From the NCBI GenBank assembly GCA_963848135.1, contig CAWKCK010000017.1, forward strand, positions 682,001-746,000: a stretch of DNA of 64,000 nt. Direction: 5' to 3'. The first letter of the stretch is position 1; each line of letters starts with the position of its first letter. The position numbers were made by a program, and so were the translations under genes. The notes beneath the pieces were generated by a model that saw only the letters and a list, made by a program, of their open reading frames with translations, searched no databases and was not told where the DNA came from. The DNA is from an uncultured delta proteobacterium (lineage in GTDB: Bacteria; Desulfobacterota; Desulfobacteria; Desulfobacterales; SG8-13). Positions 20,630 to 31,876 of this stretch are shown piece by piece.

Positions 20630-22006
20630 ATGAAGCATCCCTCTGCGGAGGAAGCCCGGATCATCATAGAAAGCGTCGCCGAAGGCGTTTTCACGGTAGA
20701 CGTGAACCGGGTGATCACATACTTCAACAGAGCTGCCGAGAAGATTACCGGTTTCAACAGATCCGAGGCCATCGGACGCTACTGTTGGGAGGTTTTCAAG
20801 GCCGATATCTGTGATCAATGTTGTTCTATACAACAAACTCTGGAAAGCGGGGATTCTCTTATAAGCAGCGAAGTCTTCATCACCAATTCCGAAGACAAAC
20901 GTATACCCGTCAGTATATCGACCGCCTTGTTGAAAGACGAGAGAAACCGGCTGCTCGGGGCTGTAGAAACCTTTCGGGATCTTAGTGAGGTGCGGCAACT
21001 GCGGCGTGAACTGGCCGGCACTTACATCTTCAGTGGGATCATTAGTAAAAATGATACAATGCTGCGTTTAATAGAGGTCCTTGAATCTGTGGCTGAAACG
21101 GACATTCCGATTCTGATGGAAGGCGAGAAGGGCACCGAGAAAGAGCTTTTTGCAAAAACTGTCCACGCCATGAGCCTCCGGAAAAATGGTCCACTGGTTA
21201 CCACCTGCTGCCGAACGCTGCCCGAAGCCCTACTGGAAACCGAACTTTTCGGCTACACCGCCGACAGTGATACGAAAACAGAACACGATAAACCGGGGCG
21301 GGTTGCCCTGGCGGCAGGGGGTACTCTGTTTCTTAATGATGTGGATGCCTTGTCACCGAAACTTCAGAAACACCTCGTCAGAGTTTTGCGCGACAAGGTC
21401 TTCGAACCACTGGGTGGCAAACGGCCGGAAATTGCCGATGTTCGTATCGTGGCGGCCACACGTGGACGGCTGGCCGATGTGGTGGGACCGGAGGGATTCC
21501 GCGAGGATCTGTACGAACTCATGGGCTCTGTCATAATACGAATTCCACCCTTGCGTGAACGCAAGGAAGACATTCCCCTGCTGATCGACCACCTGATCGC
21601 AAAACACACAAATCTCAATGGCAAATCTGTCAAGGGCGTTTCACCGGAAGCATTGCCGCTTCTGATGGCTTATAACTATCCCGGAAATACCCGCGAACTC
21701 GAGCGTATTATCGAATACGCCCTGGTTATATGCCCGGACGGGCAGATCCAGATCGCCCACCTGCCGGAAATTCTTTTCAAGAAACCGAATCATCAATCGC
21801 AAGCAGAAACCCAAGAAATCCCCCCGGCAGCAAACTCCCTGATGACTGTCGAACGTTCTTTCATTTATAAAACACTGATGAAAAACGCTTGGAATCGTAA
21901 AGCCACGGCTGCGGAAATGGGTATCCACCCGACAACTCTTTGGCGCAAGATGAAACGTCTCAATTTAAAAATGCCCGTCAATCTTCGCCAGGGCCGAAGA
22001 AAATAA
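20630..22006 (+). CDS. PAS - AAA+ - Fis-HTH enhancer-binding-like protein with degenerate sigma-54 activation motifs
   Basis: PAS domain; GEKGTEKE; ETELFGYTADSDT with no GAFTGA; FLNDV; YPGNTREL; C-terminal HTH. Confidence 0.85.
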   Translation: MKHPSAEEARIIIESVAEGVFTVDVNRVITYFNRAAEKITGFNRSEAIGRYCWEVFKADICDQCCSIQQTLESGDSLISSEVFITNSEDKRIPVSISTALLKDERNRLLGAVETFRDLSEVRQLRRELAGTYIFSGIISKNDTMLRLIEVLESVAETDIPILMEGEKGTEKELFAKTVHAMSLRKNGPLVTTCCRTLPEALLETELFGYTADSDTKTEHDKPGRVALAAGGTLFLNDVDALSPKLQKHLVRVLRDKVFEPLGGKRPEIADVRIVAATRGRLADVVGPEGFREDLYELMGSVIIRIPPLRERKEDIPLLIDHLIAKHTNLNGKSVKGVSPEALPLLMAYNYPGNTRELERIIEYALVICPDGQIQIAHLPEILFKKPNHQSQAETQEIPPAANSLMTVERSFIYKTLMKNAWNRKATAAEMGIHPTTLWRKMKRLNLKMPVNLRQGRRK

Positions 22007-22084
22007 CGCCGCGATCGGGCGGTTCGCAAAAATGATTACCACCCGGCTGCGAGGGTCACAACACACGCTACTTCACTTCTCACC

Positions 22085-22868
22085 ATGCCTCATATCGATA
22101 CCGTCGGCAATCGTCTCCATTATACTATCAGCCATGCAGGCTCCCGGTCCGGATCATCTCTAGTGTGTGTTCACGGATCCGGCGGCAGCCTCACCCATTG
22201 GCCCGAAAAGTTGCGGGCGCACAAACGTAATCTGCGTGACCGCCGTCGACATGCCCGGCCACGGAAAATCGCAGGGAAAGAGCCATGACACGGTTAAGGG
22301 CTATGCCGCCGTGCTTGATGCATTTATTAGGGCAATGAATTTTTCACGGGTGATTCTGATGGGTCATTCCTTGGGTGGGGCTATTGCTCAAACGCTGGCG
22401 CTCGAGGCGCCGACATGGCTGGAAAAGATCATTCTCGTCGGAACCGGCGCACGCCTGCGCGTAGCGCCGTCTATTTTTGAGGCCCTCCTGGTCGGAGCGG
22501 GATCTGCTGCTGATCTTATCAGTGCCCGGGCGTTCGGCCCTTCAGCCAGGCGGAATCTGGTAGATGTTGTTCGACGTGAACTACAGCAGACACCGGTAAT
22601 GGTGACTCGAAATGATTTCAGAGCCTGCGATGGGTTCGATGCCATGCAGACCATCGAAAATATCCGTATCCCCACTCTGGTAATATCCGGCAGTGAGGAC
22701 CAGCTGACGCCCCCCAAATACGGTGCCTACCTGGCGGCTAACATTCCAGGAGCCAGACATGTGATTATTCCGAGCGCCGGGCACATGATGGCGCTCGAAT
22801 ACCCCGATATCTTCACAAAGCACGTCATAACGTTTCTAGATCCAACCACAATCCAGTCAGAAGAATAA
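22085..22868 (+). pseudogene. Alpha/beta hydrolase split by a frameshift near 22220-22235
   Basis: First frame has CVHGSGG...W; second frame has AVDMPGHG, GHSLGG, D and AGH triad motifs. Confidence 0.75.
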
Positions 22869-22942
22869 CCCGCGGCAAAGTCGTCTCGATCAAATGACGC
22901 AAATCTATGCCGTTTTGAAATTGGTGCCTCAGCGGACATGTC

Positions 22943-23066
22943 AACGGTTTTCTGGGACGCTCTTATATCCGGCGTGCGGGCTTCAAGGAACGAGACGAGC
23001 CTTTCGTACGTCGCAGTGAAATGAAACGAAGCACAACACAGTAGAAGAACGTCTCAGGAAGCCGTT
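22943..23066. repeat. Long-hairpin MITE/REP-like element between convergent genes
   Basis: AACGGTTTTCTGGGACG ... CGTCTCAGGAAGCCGTT (17-bp IR; the three mismatches are all G-U compatible); CAAGG/CGTAC/CACAGTAG core. Confidence 0.65.
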
Positions 23067-23472
23067 AGAATTCTTTGTAGATTCGCGCCAATGCATGCCC
23101 CGGCGCCTCAATCACCAAATCATTGAAATAACCGTAAGGCGTCTGGCGGGCCGTATACCCTGCAGCAAGGAGACGCCTTTCGACGCCGTCAATCAACGCT
23201 TTGGCCTGTTCCGGTTCGGCCTTCTGCTCTCCCAGGTGGGTGAAGGAATGCAGAATTATCTGCTTGGTATCCCACTTGCGCGCCAACCACTTGGTATTTT
23301 TAACCAGCTTCGTCTCTGCCGAACTGCCCGGCACGAAATCATTAGACTCTACATGGATGAAAGCGACGATCGCGTTTTCGTTCTTTGCCTCCGCAGCCGC
23401 AGGGGCATCTTCTAAGGTTTTGATCGTCGGCGCCCAGTCGAAACGGGTGCAATACCAGAGTAAAATGCGCAT
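23065..23472 (-). CDS. Free-standing archaeal-type threonyl-tRNA synthetase editing-domain protein
   Basis: MRILL, AFIHVE, IILHSFTHL, TPYGYF, APGHALARIYKEF resemble the tRNA-Thr_ED domain. Confidence 0.8.
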   Translation of the reverse strand: MRILLWYCTRFDWAPTIKTLEDAPAAAEAKNENAIVAFIHVESNDFVPGSSAETKLVKNTKWLARKWDTKQIILHSFTHLGEQKAEPEQAKALIDGVERRLLAAGYTARQTPYGYFNDLVIEAPGHALARIYKEF

Positions 23473-23608
23473 GGTTACTACAGTATCAAGCAGGTATCAC
23501 CTGGCATGAATGCATACCGCCAGGAAAAATATTTTTAAAAAAGTTCCGGTAGACGTTTGAAAGCCGGCGTCGGGAAGGACGGCGAACTTGGGCTGGCAGG
23601 CGATCCAT

Positions 23609-25615
23609 TCATCCGACAAACACATTGAGGATGTCCTTACGGGCACTCGCCCGCTGTATGACCACCTGTACCAAGTCTTCGGGTTTAAGGATCAAACCGC
23701 TGGTAAACGGGATCTCACATTCAAGCATGTATTCCGGAATCAGAACCTGGTACCCGCGGCGGCGCTTGGAGAGAACGATGGCCTCTTCTTTCTCCCCGAT
23801 GCGTTTTTCCAGGTATTTCAATATCCAGTAACGGAGACGCCGCTGCTGAAGGCGCGACACTTGGCTCATCGGCAGTTCCAATTGTTGAATGATGTTGTCT
23901 ATTTCAGCGGCGGAGTAGAGGGTTTCCAAACCGAATGCCGCCCGGACCTGGCGTTGGGTGACCAGATCGCAATACTTTCGTATGGGAGAAGTTGCCGTCA
24001 CATACGCGTCGAGTCCGAGACCGGCGTGGGTTTCCGCAGCGTGGTTGAGTACGAACCGGTTAAGCCGTCTGCGCTGCATGATATTCTGAAACAGACTGTC
24101 CGAATCCCCTTGATACAGCCGTTCTTTGGCCTCTGGCTGGGAACGGAAAACGGCCGGTATTTCACGATCTTTAAGAAACCGGGCCATGAGCCAGTTGGCC
24201 ATAATCATCAATTCGGAGACCAGCATCCGGCCGGGGCTCTCCCGGTTTATTCTGTTCACCGAAACCTCGCCCGTCTCTCCAACCCAGACATGAATTTCCG
24301 GCAGTGTTATCTGTATGGCCCCGGAGTCCAGTCGATACTTGCGAAATTTAGCCGCCACATCCTTCAAGATGATGAAATTCTGATTATCATTGGCCAGAAG
24401 ATTCACGTCATAATAGGTGAGTTGCTGATCGACTTTAACCAGCGATGGGGTGACATCGACCGAGACAATATCTAATCCTGAACTGAGTTTCACCATCGTG
24501 CTGATGGCCGGCCGAAGCTGACCCGCTTTCAGGCTGCAGAGGTCTTCGGCGAGACAGGCCGGCAGCATTGGTACTCTTTGATCCGGCATGTAGATCGAAC
24601 TGCAACGATTCTGAGCTTCCAAGTCGAGGGGCGTGTTCTTTTTTACCCGGTGCCCCACATCAACGATATGTACCCCGAGCAGGTAATATTCATCATACTT
24701 TTCAAGGCTGAGGGCATCATCATAGTCAAGGGTGGCCTGGCCGTCCACGGTCATCAATGACAGTTTCGTAAAATCGCGCCGGGGGGATGGTGGCGGTATT
24801 TCGACGGAGAGCGACCCCGCCGATTCCACAATTTCATTTGCAGCCGCGCTAACCTCCCGGGAAAATGCGGTCGGGACATCGAGAACCATCAGATCTGTGT
24901 TTTCATCTTCGCTCCAAACGCCGAGCTTCACCAAAGCTGGAAAAAGATCGATCGGTTCAGGGATACCGGCACCCGAAAGAATCTCCCTTCCCAGGGTATA
25001 ATCGGGGCTGTCTTTGCCGAAAAGGTAAACCGATTTAAAAGCTTCGATCAGTTTTTGTTCATCGGCCGTGGAGGAAGAGGTCTGACGGTGTTCGTTTTTC
25101 TGTAGCACCTTTAACCAGGTAATCCCCTTGGTTATCAATCGGCTGCGGCGCTCCGCTTCCTTTATTTGGGCAACAATCCGATCAACCTGTTCCGGCGTGT
25201 AGGGAAAGAATCGATCCGGATTGAACTTGAAATACAGCCGATTACTGAAAAAAGCCCGGATAACCGCCGCCTCATGATCCTGTGACGGACTGTTGGGAAA
25301 ACAAAACGCTGTCATTGTTTCCAGATCAATCCATTCCTGTTCACTGTTTAGTACTTCCCACAGTTCCTTGATATCCACACCGTCGATGAGTTTTTCACGC
25401 CGACAGGCAACATGCTTCAAGGCTTCAACCGTTTTTTCCCTTCCGTGGCCAAGGTCGAGACGTTCTTTGCATTTGTGGGACAACCGATTGGCAGACAGAT
25501 TCACCTCTCGGTTGTTCTGGTTCAGAACGCGCAAGCGCTTGTCTCTGACCTCGAGAACGACGGCGCACATTATCTTCTCACGGTCGATATATTCTACAAT
25601 GTGACCCATTTCCAT
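23609..25615 (-). CDS. RNB-domain exoribonuclease (RNase II/R family)
   Basis: TVDGQATLDYDDALS catalytic motif, SIYMPD..VPMLP, VSELMIMAN, HAGLGL..Y...TSPIRKY.DL. Confidence 0.9.
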   Translation of the reverse strand: MEMGHIVEYIDREKIMCAVVLEVRDKRLRVLNQNNREVNLSANRLSHKCKERLDLGHGREKTVEALKHVACRREKLIDGVDIKELWEVLNSEQEWIDLETMTAFCFPNSPSQDHEAAVIRAFFSNRLYFKFNPDRFFPYTPEQVDRIVAQIKEAERRSRLITKGITWLKVLQKNEHRQTSSSTADEQKLIEAFKSVYLFGKDSPDYTLGREILSGAGIPEPIDLFPALVKLGVWSEDENTDLMVLDVPTAFSREVSAAANEIVESAGSLSVEIPPPSPRRDFTKLSLMTVDGQATLDYDDALSLEKYDEYYLLGVHIVDVGHRVKKNTPLDLEAQNRCSSIYMPDQRVPMLPACLAEDLCSLKAGQLRPAISTMVKLSSGLDIVSVDVTPSLVKVDQQLTYYDVNLLANDNQNFIILKDVAAKFRKYRLDSGAIQITLPEIHVWVGETGEVSVNRINRESPGRMLVSELMIMANWLMARFLKDREIPAVFRSQPEAKERLYQGDSDSLFQNIMQRRRLNRFVLNHAAETHAGLGLDAYVTATSPIRKYCDLVTQRQVRAAFGLETLYSAAEIDNIIQQLELPMSQVSRLQQRRLRYWILKYLEKRIGEKEEAIVLSKRRRGYQVLIPEYMLECEIPFTSGLILKPEDLVQVVIQRASARKDILNVFVG

Positions 25616-25910
25616 AACAGGCCATACTAACAACCGATCATTTGAAAGTCAATTAGAGCCGCCGGTTCAAAGCTCCCTGCCAACGACCGGCAGAGCAACA
25701 CCGCAGGACTCTGGTTGCAAAGCGGAGACTGTTGACGATAAAAAATTTGACCCCATTATTCCATGAGATTTTCGAGTCAAAATTACCGCATAGTAAGCTG
25801 AAGGGTTCAGCGGGAGAGTGCGCTTCTGGACGCTGCCGCTTGCAGATGAATTCGCCAGTCACTATATTGAAACGGAAAACGCCATTATCAACCCATCCCC
25901 TGGACAGCAC

Positions 25911-27674
25911 ATGACAATGAAACCAATCGAACTGATCAAGCCGTATTTTATAGAGAATCGTTATCTGATCGCGGTCGGCTTGCTCAGTCTGATCGTTGTC
26001 GATGTGCTTCAGCTATTTATCCCGCGGGTGATCAAATGGGCGGTGGACGACCTGATGACCATGCAGACCGATGCCTTCGGCCTGCTCATCTATGCGCTTT
26101 ACATGTCCGGGATCGCCCTGCTGATCGGCGTGTTTCGCTTTGTCTGGCGGCGCTGCCTGCTCGGTACGTCGCGGCGGGTGGAGGAAGGCTTGCGCAATTC
26201 ACTTTTCACCCACCTTCAAAGCCTCTCAGCGTCGTATTTCGACCGGGCCAAAACCGGTGATCTTATGGCCCATGCCACCAACGACATCCAGCAAGTGAGG
26301 ATGGCAACAGGAATGGGCCTTGTGGCCCTGAACGATGCCGTTGTTCTGGGAACCGCGGCCATCGGATTCATGGCCTACATCAATGTTCGCCTGACCCTAC
26401 TGGTCCTTATTCCGATGCCGCTGATTATCTTCGGGGCGCGATTTTTCAGCAAAAGGATGCACCGGCGGTACCAGAAAGTACAAAGCGCTTACGCCGAATT
26501 AACCGAGGCGGTCAGGGAACGCTTTACCGGAATCCGAGTGGTAAAGGCTTATGGTTGGGAAGACAATGAATCCGCACGGGTGGAAGAGATTTCCCGAAAC
26601 TACATCAGAAAAAATCTCGATCTGGTAAAAGTCACCGGTGCCTTTTTACCGATGATGATGTTTCTGACGAACCTGAGCCTGGCCATCGTTATTTATGTCG
26701 GAGGCCGCCAAACCATCACCCAATCCATAACACCGGGTGATTTCGTGGCTTTCATTAGTTATCTCGGCCTCCTGACGTGGCCGATGATGGCCCTTGGGTG
26801 GGTCACAAATCTGATTCAGCGCGGCAAGGCATCCCTCGACCGCTTGGGCAGCGTTTTGGCCACAAAGGCGGAAATCTCCGACCAGCCCGGTGCGATTGCA
26901 TACGCCCAGAGCCAGGGGGCCATCACATTTGAGAATGTTCGGTTCTCTTACGCCCCGCAACCGGGTTCCAGGTCAGTAACCGCTCTCGAGGACATCGATC
27001 TTCAGATCAGACCAGACAGTATAATAGGCATCGTCGGTCCGCCCGGCAGCGGTAAAACCACTCTTCTCAATCTGATCCCGCGTCTTTATGATGTAACCAC
27101 TGGACGCATTTTACTGGACGGTAGAGACATCAGGGAATTGACCTTGTCAAGCCTCAGGTCCCAAATTGCATTTGTCCCTCAGGAACCATTTCTTTTTGCC
27201 GGAAGCATTCGCCAGAACATCACCCTGGCTCGGGAGCGCTTCAGTGAAGACGACCTTGAATCCGCCGCCCGAAAGGCTGCCATTCATCGTACGATCGATT
27301 CTTTTCCAAACGGCTACGACACCATCGTTGGAGAAAAGGGCGTCATTCTCTCGGGCGGTCAAAAGCAGCGGATGGCCCTGGCACGAGCCTTTCTCGACCC
27401 TGCGCCGATACTCATCCTAGACGATCCGATCAGTCAGGTTGATCTTAAAACCGGTACCACCGTCGTCTCCAACATCCGGGCCATGGCCGGGGGCAGAAAT
27501 GTGCTTATCGCCTCTCACCGACTATCTGCGGTTCGATTCGCTGATACCATCATCACGTTGGACGGGGGGCGAATCCTGGAATTCGGTACACACAATGAAC
27601 TTATAGAAACCGACGGCTACTACGCCAAAACCTATCGCCTCCAAGAGATCGAAGAGGATGCGTATGTCAACTGA
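25911..27674 (+). CDS. ABC exporter ATP-binding/permease subunit (degenerate-site half of a heterodimer)
   Basis: TMD plus GPPGSGKT, LSGGQKQR, ILDDP (catalytic Glu replaced by Asp), SHRL. Confidence 0.92.
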   Translation: MTMKPIELIKPYFIENRYLIAVGLLSLIVVDVLQLFIPRVIKWAVDDLMTMQTDAFGLLIYALYMSGIALLIGVFRFVWRRCLLGTSRRVEEGLRNSLFTHLQSLSASYFDRAKTGDLMAHATNDIQQVRMATGMGLVALNDAVVLGTAAIGFMAYINVRLTLLVLIPMPLIIFGARFFSKRMHRRYQKVQSAYAELTEAVRERFTGIRVVKAYGWEDNESARVEEISRNYIRKNLDLVKVTGAFLPMMMFLTNLSLAIVIYVGGRQTITQSITPGDFVAFISYLGLLTWPMMALGWVTNLIQRGKASLDRLGSVLATKAEISDQPGAIAYAQSQGAITFENVRFSYAPQPGSRSVTALEDIDLQIRPDSIIGIVGPPGSGKTTLLNLIPRLYDVTTGRILLDGRDIRELTLSSLRSQIAFVPQEPFLFAGSIRQNITLARERFSEDDLESAARKAAIHRTIDSFPNGYDTIVGEKGVILSGGQKQRMALARAFLDPAPILILDDPISQVDLKTGTTVVSNIRAMAGGRNVLIASHRLSAVRFADTIITLDGGRILEFGTHNELIETDGYYAKTYRLQEIEEDAYVN

Positions 27675-29610
27675 CACCAGATACTTTGAGGAAAAAACCC
27701 TCGGCAGGACTTACGATACCAGACTCCTGCGACGCCTGTACGTGTTCAGTCGCCCGTTTACCAAACCCATCATCTGGTCCGTGCTTCTGGTGATGACAAT
27801 TACGGTGCTCGATCTTTCCATTCCGTATGCCACCAAAATAGCGATCGACCGCTACATCGCCCCCTCAGGCCCGGACGGGATGCGTATGATCGAAGTAGAC
27901 ATGCGGGATGCTTCGGCACGCGCCGTGGTCGAAAAACATCCGGCTCTGTTCAGCATCCAAGGATCTCGAGCGCTGATTGCGACAGACAAGCTCGGCCGGC
28001 TGACCAGCAGTGAAATTACCGTGCTGCGCGCGAAGGACATCAAAGGCTTGGGACTCATTGCGGTTCTTTTTCTTGCCATTATCGCCTTGAATTTCGTTTT
28101 CAATTTCTTTCAGAAGTGGATTATGGTGTACACTGGCCACATGATCATGCATGATTTGCGGATGCATCTCTTTCGGCATATTCAATATCTGTCGTTGGAA
28201 TTCTTCACCCGTAACCCGGTCGGAAGGTTGGTGACCCGTGTGACCAACGATGTGCAGAACATGGATGAGCTGTTTACCTCAGTGATCGCTTTCGTGTTTA
28301 AAGATCTTTTTCTCCTACTCGGCATCGCGACCGTTCTGATCGTCCTCGATTGGAAACTGGCCCTGGCCACTTTCACCGTCCTTCCGCTCGTGGGGCTGGC
28401 CACCGTTATTTTCTCTGCCAGGGCCCGGGACATCTTCCGGCTGTTACGGGTTAAAATAGCAGAGATCAACACCCGTTTTTCAGAAACCATCGGCGGAATG
28501 AAAGTCATTCAGCTCTTTCACAACGAGGCGGATAATTACCGCACTTTTAAAACCTTGAACCATGAAAACTTCCTGGCCGGTATGCGACAAATCCGCGTTT
28601 TGGGGCTCTTTCTTCCAACGGTCGAGGTCCTGGGGGTTCTGGCAACCGCAATTGTCATATATGTCGGCGGCGGTGCCGTGATGACGGAATCTCTGACCTT
28701 CGGCACTCTTGTCGCGTTTATCGCTTATATAAAAATGTTTTTCCGACCCATCCGCGACCTGGCGGAAAAATACAATGTCCTTCAAGATGCAATGGCATCG
28801 GCCGAGCGCATTTTCCTTATCCTCGATAGCAAGAGCCGGCTGCCGGGACCGAGGTTATCCGTCGGCACTGCCCACCGCCTTGAAAGCATCAAAACCATCG
28901 CACTCGATGGCGTCTCTTTCAGCTACCTTCCCGGCGAACCCGTACTTCATGACATCAATTTGACCATCACGGCCGGCGAGGTCCTTGGCGTGGTCGGCCC
29001 CACCGGCTCCGGCAAAACATCCCTGATCAATTTAATCACCCGTTTCTACGATCCGAGCAGTGGGAAAGTACTGATCAACGGTATCGACGCCCGTGAATAT
29101 GAGCCTCAGGCGTACCGTACCAAAATGGCCCTGGTCATGCAGGACCCTTTTTTATTTTCAGAATCGATCCGGGACAACATCTTCCGCAGCGAGGGTAAAA
29201 TGACAGCGGCAGAAATGGATCATATCCTTGCGGTTTCCAACTGCCGGATCTTGACTGACAGGTTGCCGGACGGCGCCGACACCATGCTCTCCGAAGGCGG
29301 CACCTCCATTTCAAGCGGCGAACGCCAACTTATCTCGATTGCCAGGGCGTTTGCCCGTGAACCGGAGCTGATCCTCTTCGACGAAGCCACCTCTTACATC
29401 GATACCCAGACTGAAATTAAAATACAGGAAGCATTGGAAATATTGATGAAGGGTCGTACATCGATCATCGTCGCCCACCGGCTTTCAACGGTACGCTACG
29501 CCGACCGGATCATCGTCCTCAACCGCGGCCGCATCGTCGAAACCGGCAGCCATGAACAATTGATGGCTCTAAAAGGATTCTACTACAGCCTGCGGCAATT
29601 TCAAGATTGA
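27664..29610 (+). CDS. ABC exporter ATP-binding/permease subunit (partner half; MdlAB/YheIH-like pair)
   Basis: GRLVTRVTNDV, GPTGSGKT, ISSGERQ, LFDEATS, AHRLST. Confidence 0.92.
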   Translation: MSTDTRYFEEKTLGRTYDTRLLRRLYVFSRPFTKPIIWSVLLVMTITVLDLSIPYATKIAIDRYIAPSGPDGMRMIEVDMRDASARAVVEKHPALFSIQGSRALIATDKLGRLTSSEITVLRAKDIKGLGLIAVLFLAIIALNFVFNFFQKWIMVYTGHMIMHDLRMHLFRHIQYLSLEFFTRNPVGRLVTRVTNDVQNMDELFTSVIAFVFKDLFLLLGIATVLIVLDWKLALATFTVLPLVGLATVIFSARARDIFRLLRVKIAEINTRFSETIGGMKVIQLFHNEADNYRTFKTLNHENFLAGMRQIRVLGLFLPTVEVLGVLATAIVIYVGGGAVMTESLTFGTLVAFIAYIKMFFRPIRDLAEKYNVLQDAMASAERIFLILDSKSRLPGPRLSVGTAHRLESIKTIALDGVSFSYLPGEPVLHDINLTITAGEVLGVVGPTGSGKTSLINLITRFYDPSSGKVLINGIDAREYEPQAYRTKMALVMQDPFLFSESIRDNIFRSEGKMTAAEMDHILAVSNCRILTDRLPDGADTMLSEGGTSISSGERQLISIARAFAREPELILFDEATSYIDTQTEIKIQEALEILMKGRTSIIVAHRLSTVRYADRIIVLNRGRIVETGSHEQLMALKGFYYSLRQFQD

Positions 29611-29834
29611 CCCTCGCCCCACTCTCGACAGCGTCGCCCCTCCCTGGTGAGGCTGCCTTTCAACCTGCCGTACATATCACTTGCCAAATCAAAATCGACA
29701 TGTTATTGGTTCTTTTCTGCGAGTTAATAGGTTACTGAACACCTTGAAAAATCTATGTATTTCACTCAGGCTTAAAGAATCGGAGGTCAATCCGGTTCAT
29801 GTATTGTTAACCTAATACAAGAGGAGGAGGATAG

Positions 29835-31598
29835 ATGGCTTACGATGCGGTAAACATGGCAGACTGGCAGATTTCCGAGGCAGCCGAGAAAAACATGCCG
29901 TCACCGGATGAATGGCGCGAGAAACTCGGCCTACAACCGGATGAGATGCTGCCGATGGGGAGACTGGCCAAACTCGATTTTCTCAAAATCATCGACCGTT
30001 TAAATGACAAGCCCGACGGAAAGTACATCGAAGTGACGGCCATTACGCCGACACCCTTGGGCGAAGGAAAAAGTACCACATCCTGCGGCCTGATGGAAGG
30101 CTTGGGAAAACGTGGCGTCAATGTCGGCGGTGCCTTGCGGCAACCTTCCGGCGGACCGACCATGAACGTCAAAGGCACTGCTGCCGGCGGCGGCAACTCG
30201 CTGCTGATTCCCATGACCGAGTTCTCTCTGGGTCTGACCGGTGATATCAATGACATCATGAACGCCCACAACCTGGCCATGGTGGCGATGACCTCCCGGA
30301 TGCAGCACGAGCGCAACTACAACGACGAGCAGCTTCAGCGCCTGACCAAAATGCGGCGGCTCGATATCGACCCCACCCGGGTGGAGATGGGCTGGATCAT
30401 GGATTTTTGTGCCCAGTCTCTCCGGAACATCATCATCGGTATTGGTGGTCGTTTCGACGGCTACACCATGCAGTCCAAATTCGGCATCGCGGTCGGCTCC
30501 GAGTGTATGGCGATTCTGGCCGTTATCCGGGACCTGGCTGACCTTAAAGAACGGCTCAACAACATCACCGTGGCCTTCGACAAGAGCGGCAAACCGGTCA
30601 CGACCGGCGATCTCGAAGTCGGCAACGCCATGACCGCCTTCATGCGCAACACCATCAACCCCACTCTGATGTGCACTGCCGAGTACAACCCGTGCATGGT
30701 CCACGCCGGTCCGTTCGCCAATATCGCCGTCGGGCAGTCCTCGATCATCGCCGACCGTGTTGGTCTCAAACTGTTCGACTACCACGTGACCGAGTCCGGC
30801 TTTGCGGCCGACATCGGCTTCGAAAAGTTCTGGAACGTCAAGTGCCGGTTCAGCGGCCTCAAGCCCCATGTGTCGGTTCTGACATCCACCATCCGCGCCC
30901 TCAAGATGCACGGCGGCGGACCCAAGGTGGTGCCCGGCATTGCCATGGCCGAAGAATACCAGAAGGAAAACCTCGATTTGGTGGAAAAAGGCTGCGAGAA
31001 CATGGTTCATCTGATCAATGTGATCCGCAAAGCCGGCATCAACCCGGTGGTCTGCATCAACCGCTTCTACACCGACACCGATGCCGAGTGTGCTGTCGTG
31101 CGCAAGGCCGCTGAAGCGGCTGGTGCCCGTTGCGCCGAATCGAAGCACTGGGAAAAAGGTGGTGACGGGGCGCTTGAGTTTGCCGATGCGGTTATCGACG
31201 CCTGCAACGAGGAGAACGACTTCCAGTTCCTCTATCCGCTAGAGACGAAACTGCGTGATCGTGTCGCCAAGATCGCCAAGGAAGTCTATGGTGCCGACGG
31301 GGTGTCCTGGTCCCCAGAGGCCGAGGCCAAAGCCAAAATGCTGGAAAGCGATCCCAAGTACGCCGATTTCGCCACCATGATGGTCAAGAGCCACCTGAGC
31401 CTCAGCCACGACCCGACCCTCAAAGGCGTGCCCAAGGGTTGGACCTTACCGATCCGCGACGTGCTGATTTATTCCGGCGCCAAGTTCCTGTGTCCCTGTG
31501 CCGGCACCATCAGCCTGATGCCAGGGACCGGTTCCAATCCGGCTTTCCGACGGATAGACGTGGATGTCAAAACCGGTAAGGTTTCCGGCCTGTTCTAA
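29835..31598 (+). CDS. fhs: Formate--tetrahydrofolate ligase
   Basis: [21 protein letters not shown]...[28 protein letters not shown]; strong RBS GAGGAGG. Confidence 0.97.
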   Translation: MAYDAVNMADWQISEAAEKNMPSPDEWREKLGLQPDEMLPMGRLAKLDFLKIIDRLNDKPDGKYIEVTAITPTPLGEGKSTTSCGLMEGLGKRGVNVGGALRQPSGGPTMNVKGTAAGGGNSLLIPMTEFSLGLTGDINDIMNAHNLAMVAMTSRMQHERNYNDEQLQRLTKMRRLDIDPTRVEMGWIMDFCAQSLRNIIIGIGGRFDGYTMQSKFGIAVGSECMAILAVIRDLADLKERLNNITVAFDKSGKPVTTGDLEVGNAMTAFMRNTINPTLMCTAEYNPCMVHAGPFANIAVGQSSIIADRVGLKLFDYHVTESGFAADIGFEKFWNVKCRFSGLKPHVSVLTSTIRALKMHGGGPKVVPGIAMAEEYQKENLDLVEKGCENMVHLINVIRKAGINPVVCINRFYTDTDAECAVVRKAAEAAGARCAESKHWEKGGDGALEFADAVIDACNEENDFQFLYPLETKLRDRVAKIAKEVYGADGVSWSPEAEAKAKMLESDPKYADFATMMVKSHLSLSHDPTLKGVPKGWTLPIRDVLIYSGAKFLCPCAGTISLMPGTGSNPAFRRIDVDVKTGKVSGLF

Positions 31599-31622
31599 CT
31601 CGATGCAACATCCAGACAAACC

Positions 31623-31655
31623 AAAAGCCCGGGGCATTTGCCCCGGGCTTTTTTT
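31623..31655 (+). terminator. Intrinsic terminator of fhs
   Basis: AAAAGCCCGGGGCA-TT-TGCCCCGGGCTTTTTTT. Confidence 0.85.
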
Positions 31656-31876
31656 ATTCCACCTTTTCTAAATAGCCCGTGTAATAATCGGATCCCGGAT
31701 ACGATTCCCTCTTTATAGCGGTTATCAAAAAAACTTTCCGTTATTCGAACGTTTTTTCTAAAACCACTTATACCACCCCTTTTGTATATTGGAATCTATT
31801 TTTGGAAAGCGGTATAATAGCCCGTTTTATCGGTTCACAGGGTTGCAACGGCCAATATGCTTAAGACCACAGAATT

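Noticed and set aside
25911..27674. Walker B Glu-to-Asp change in the ABC subunit
   Set aside because: This is the normal degenerate site of heterodimeric exporters and is not novel.
30000..31148. Long 382-aa antisense ORF within fhs (also the 295-aa ORF opposite RNB, the 309-aa ORF opposite hyfF and the 223-aa ORF opposite katG)
   Set aside because: These are shadow ORFs caused by GC-rich codon bias of well-identified genes on the opposite strand and have no recognisable motifs.
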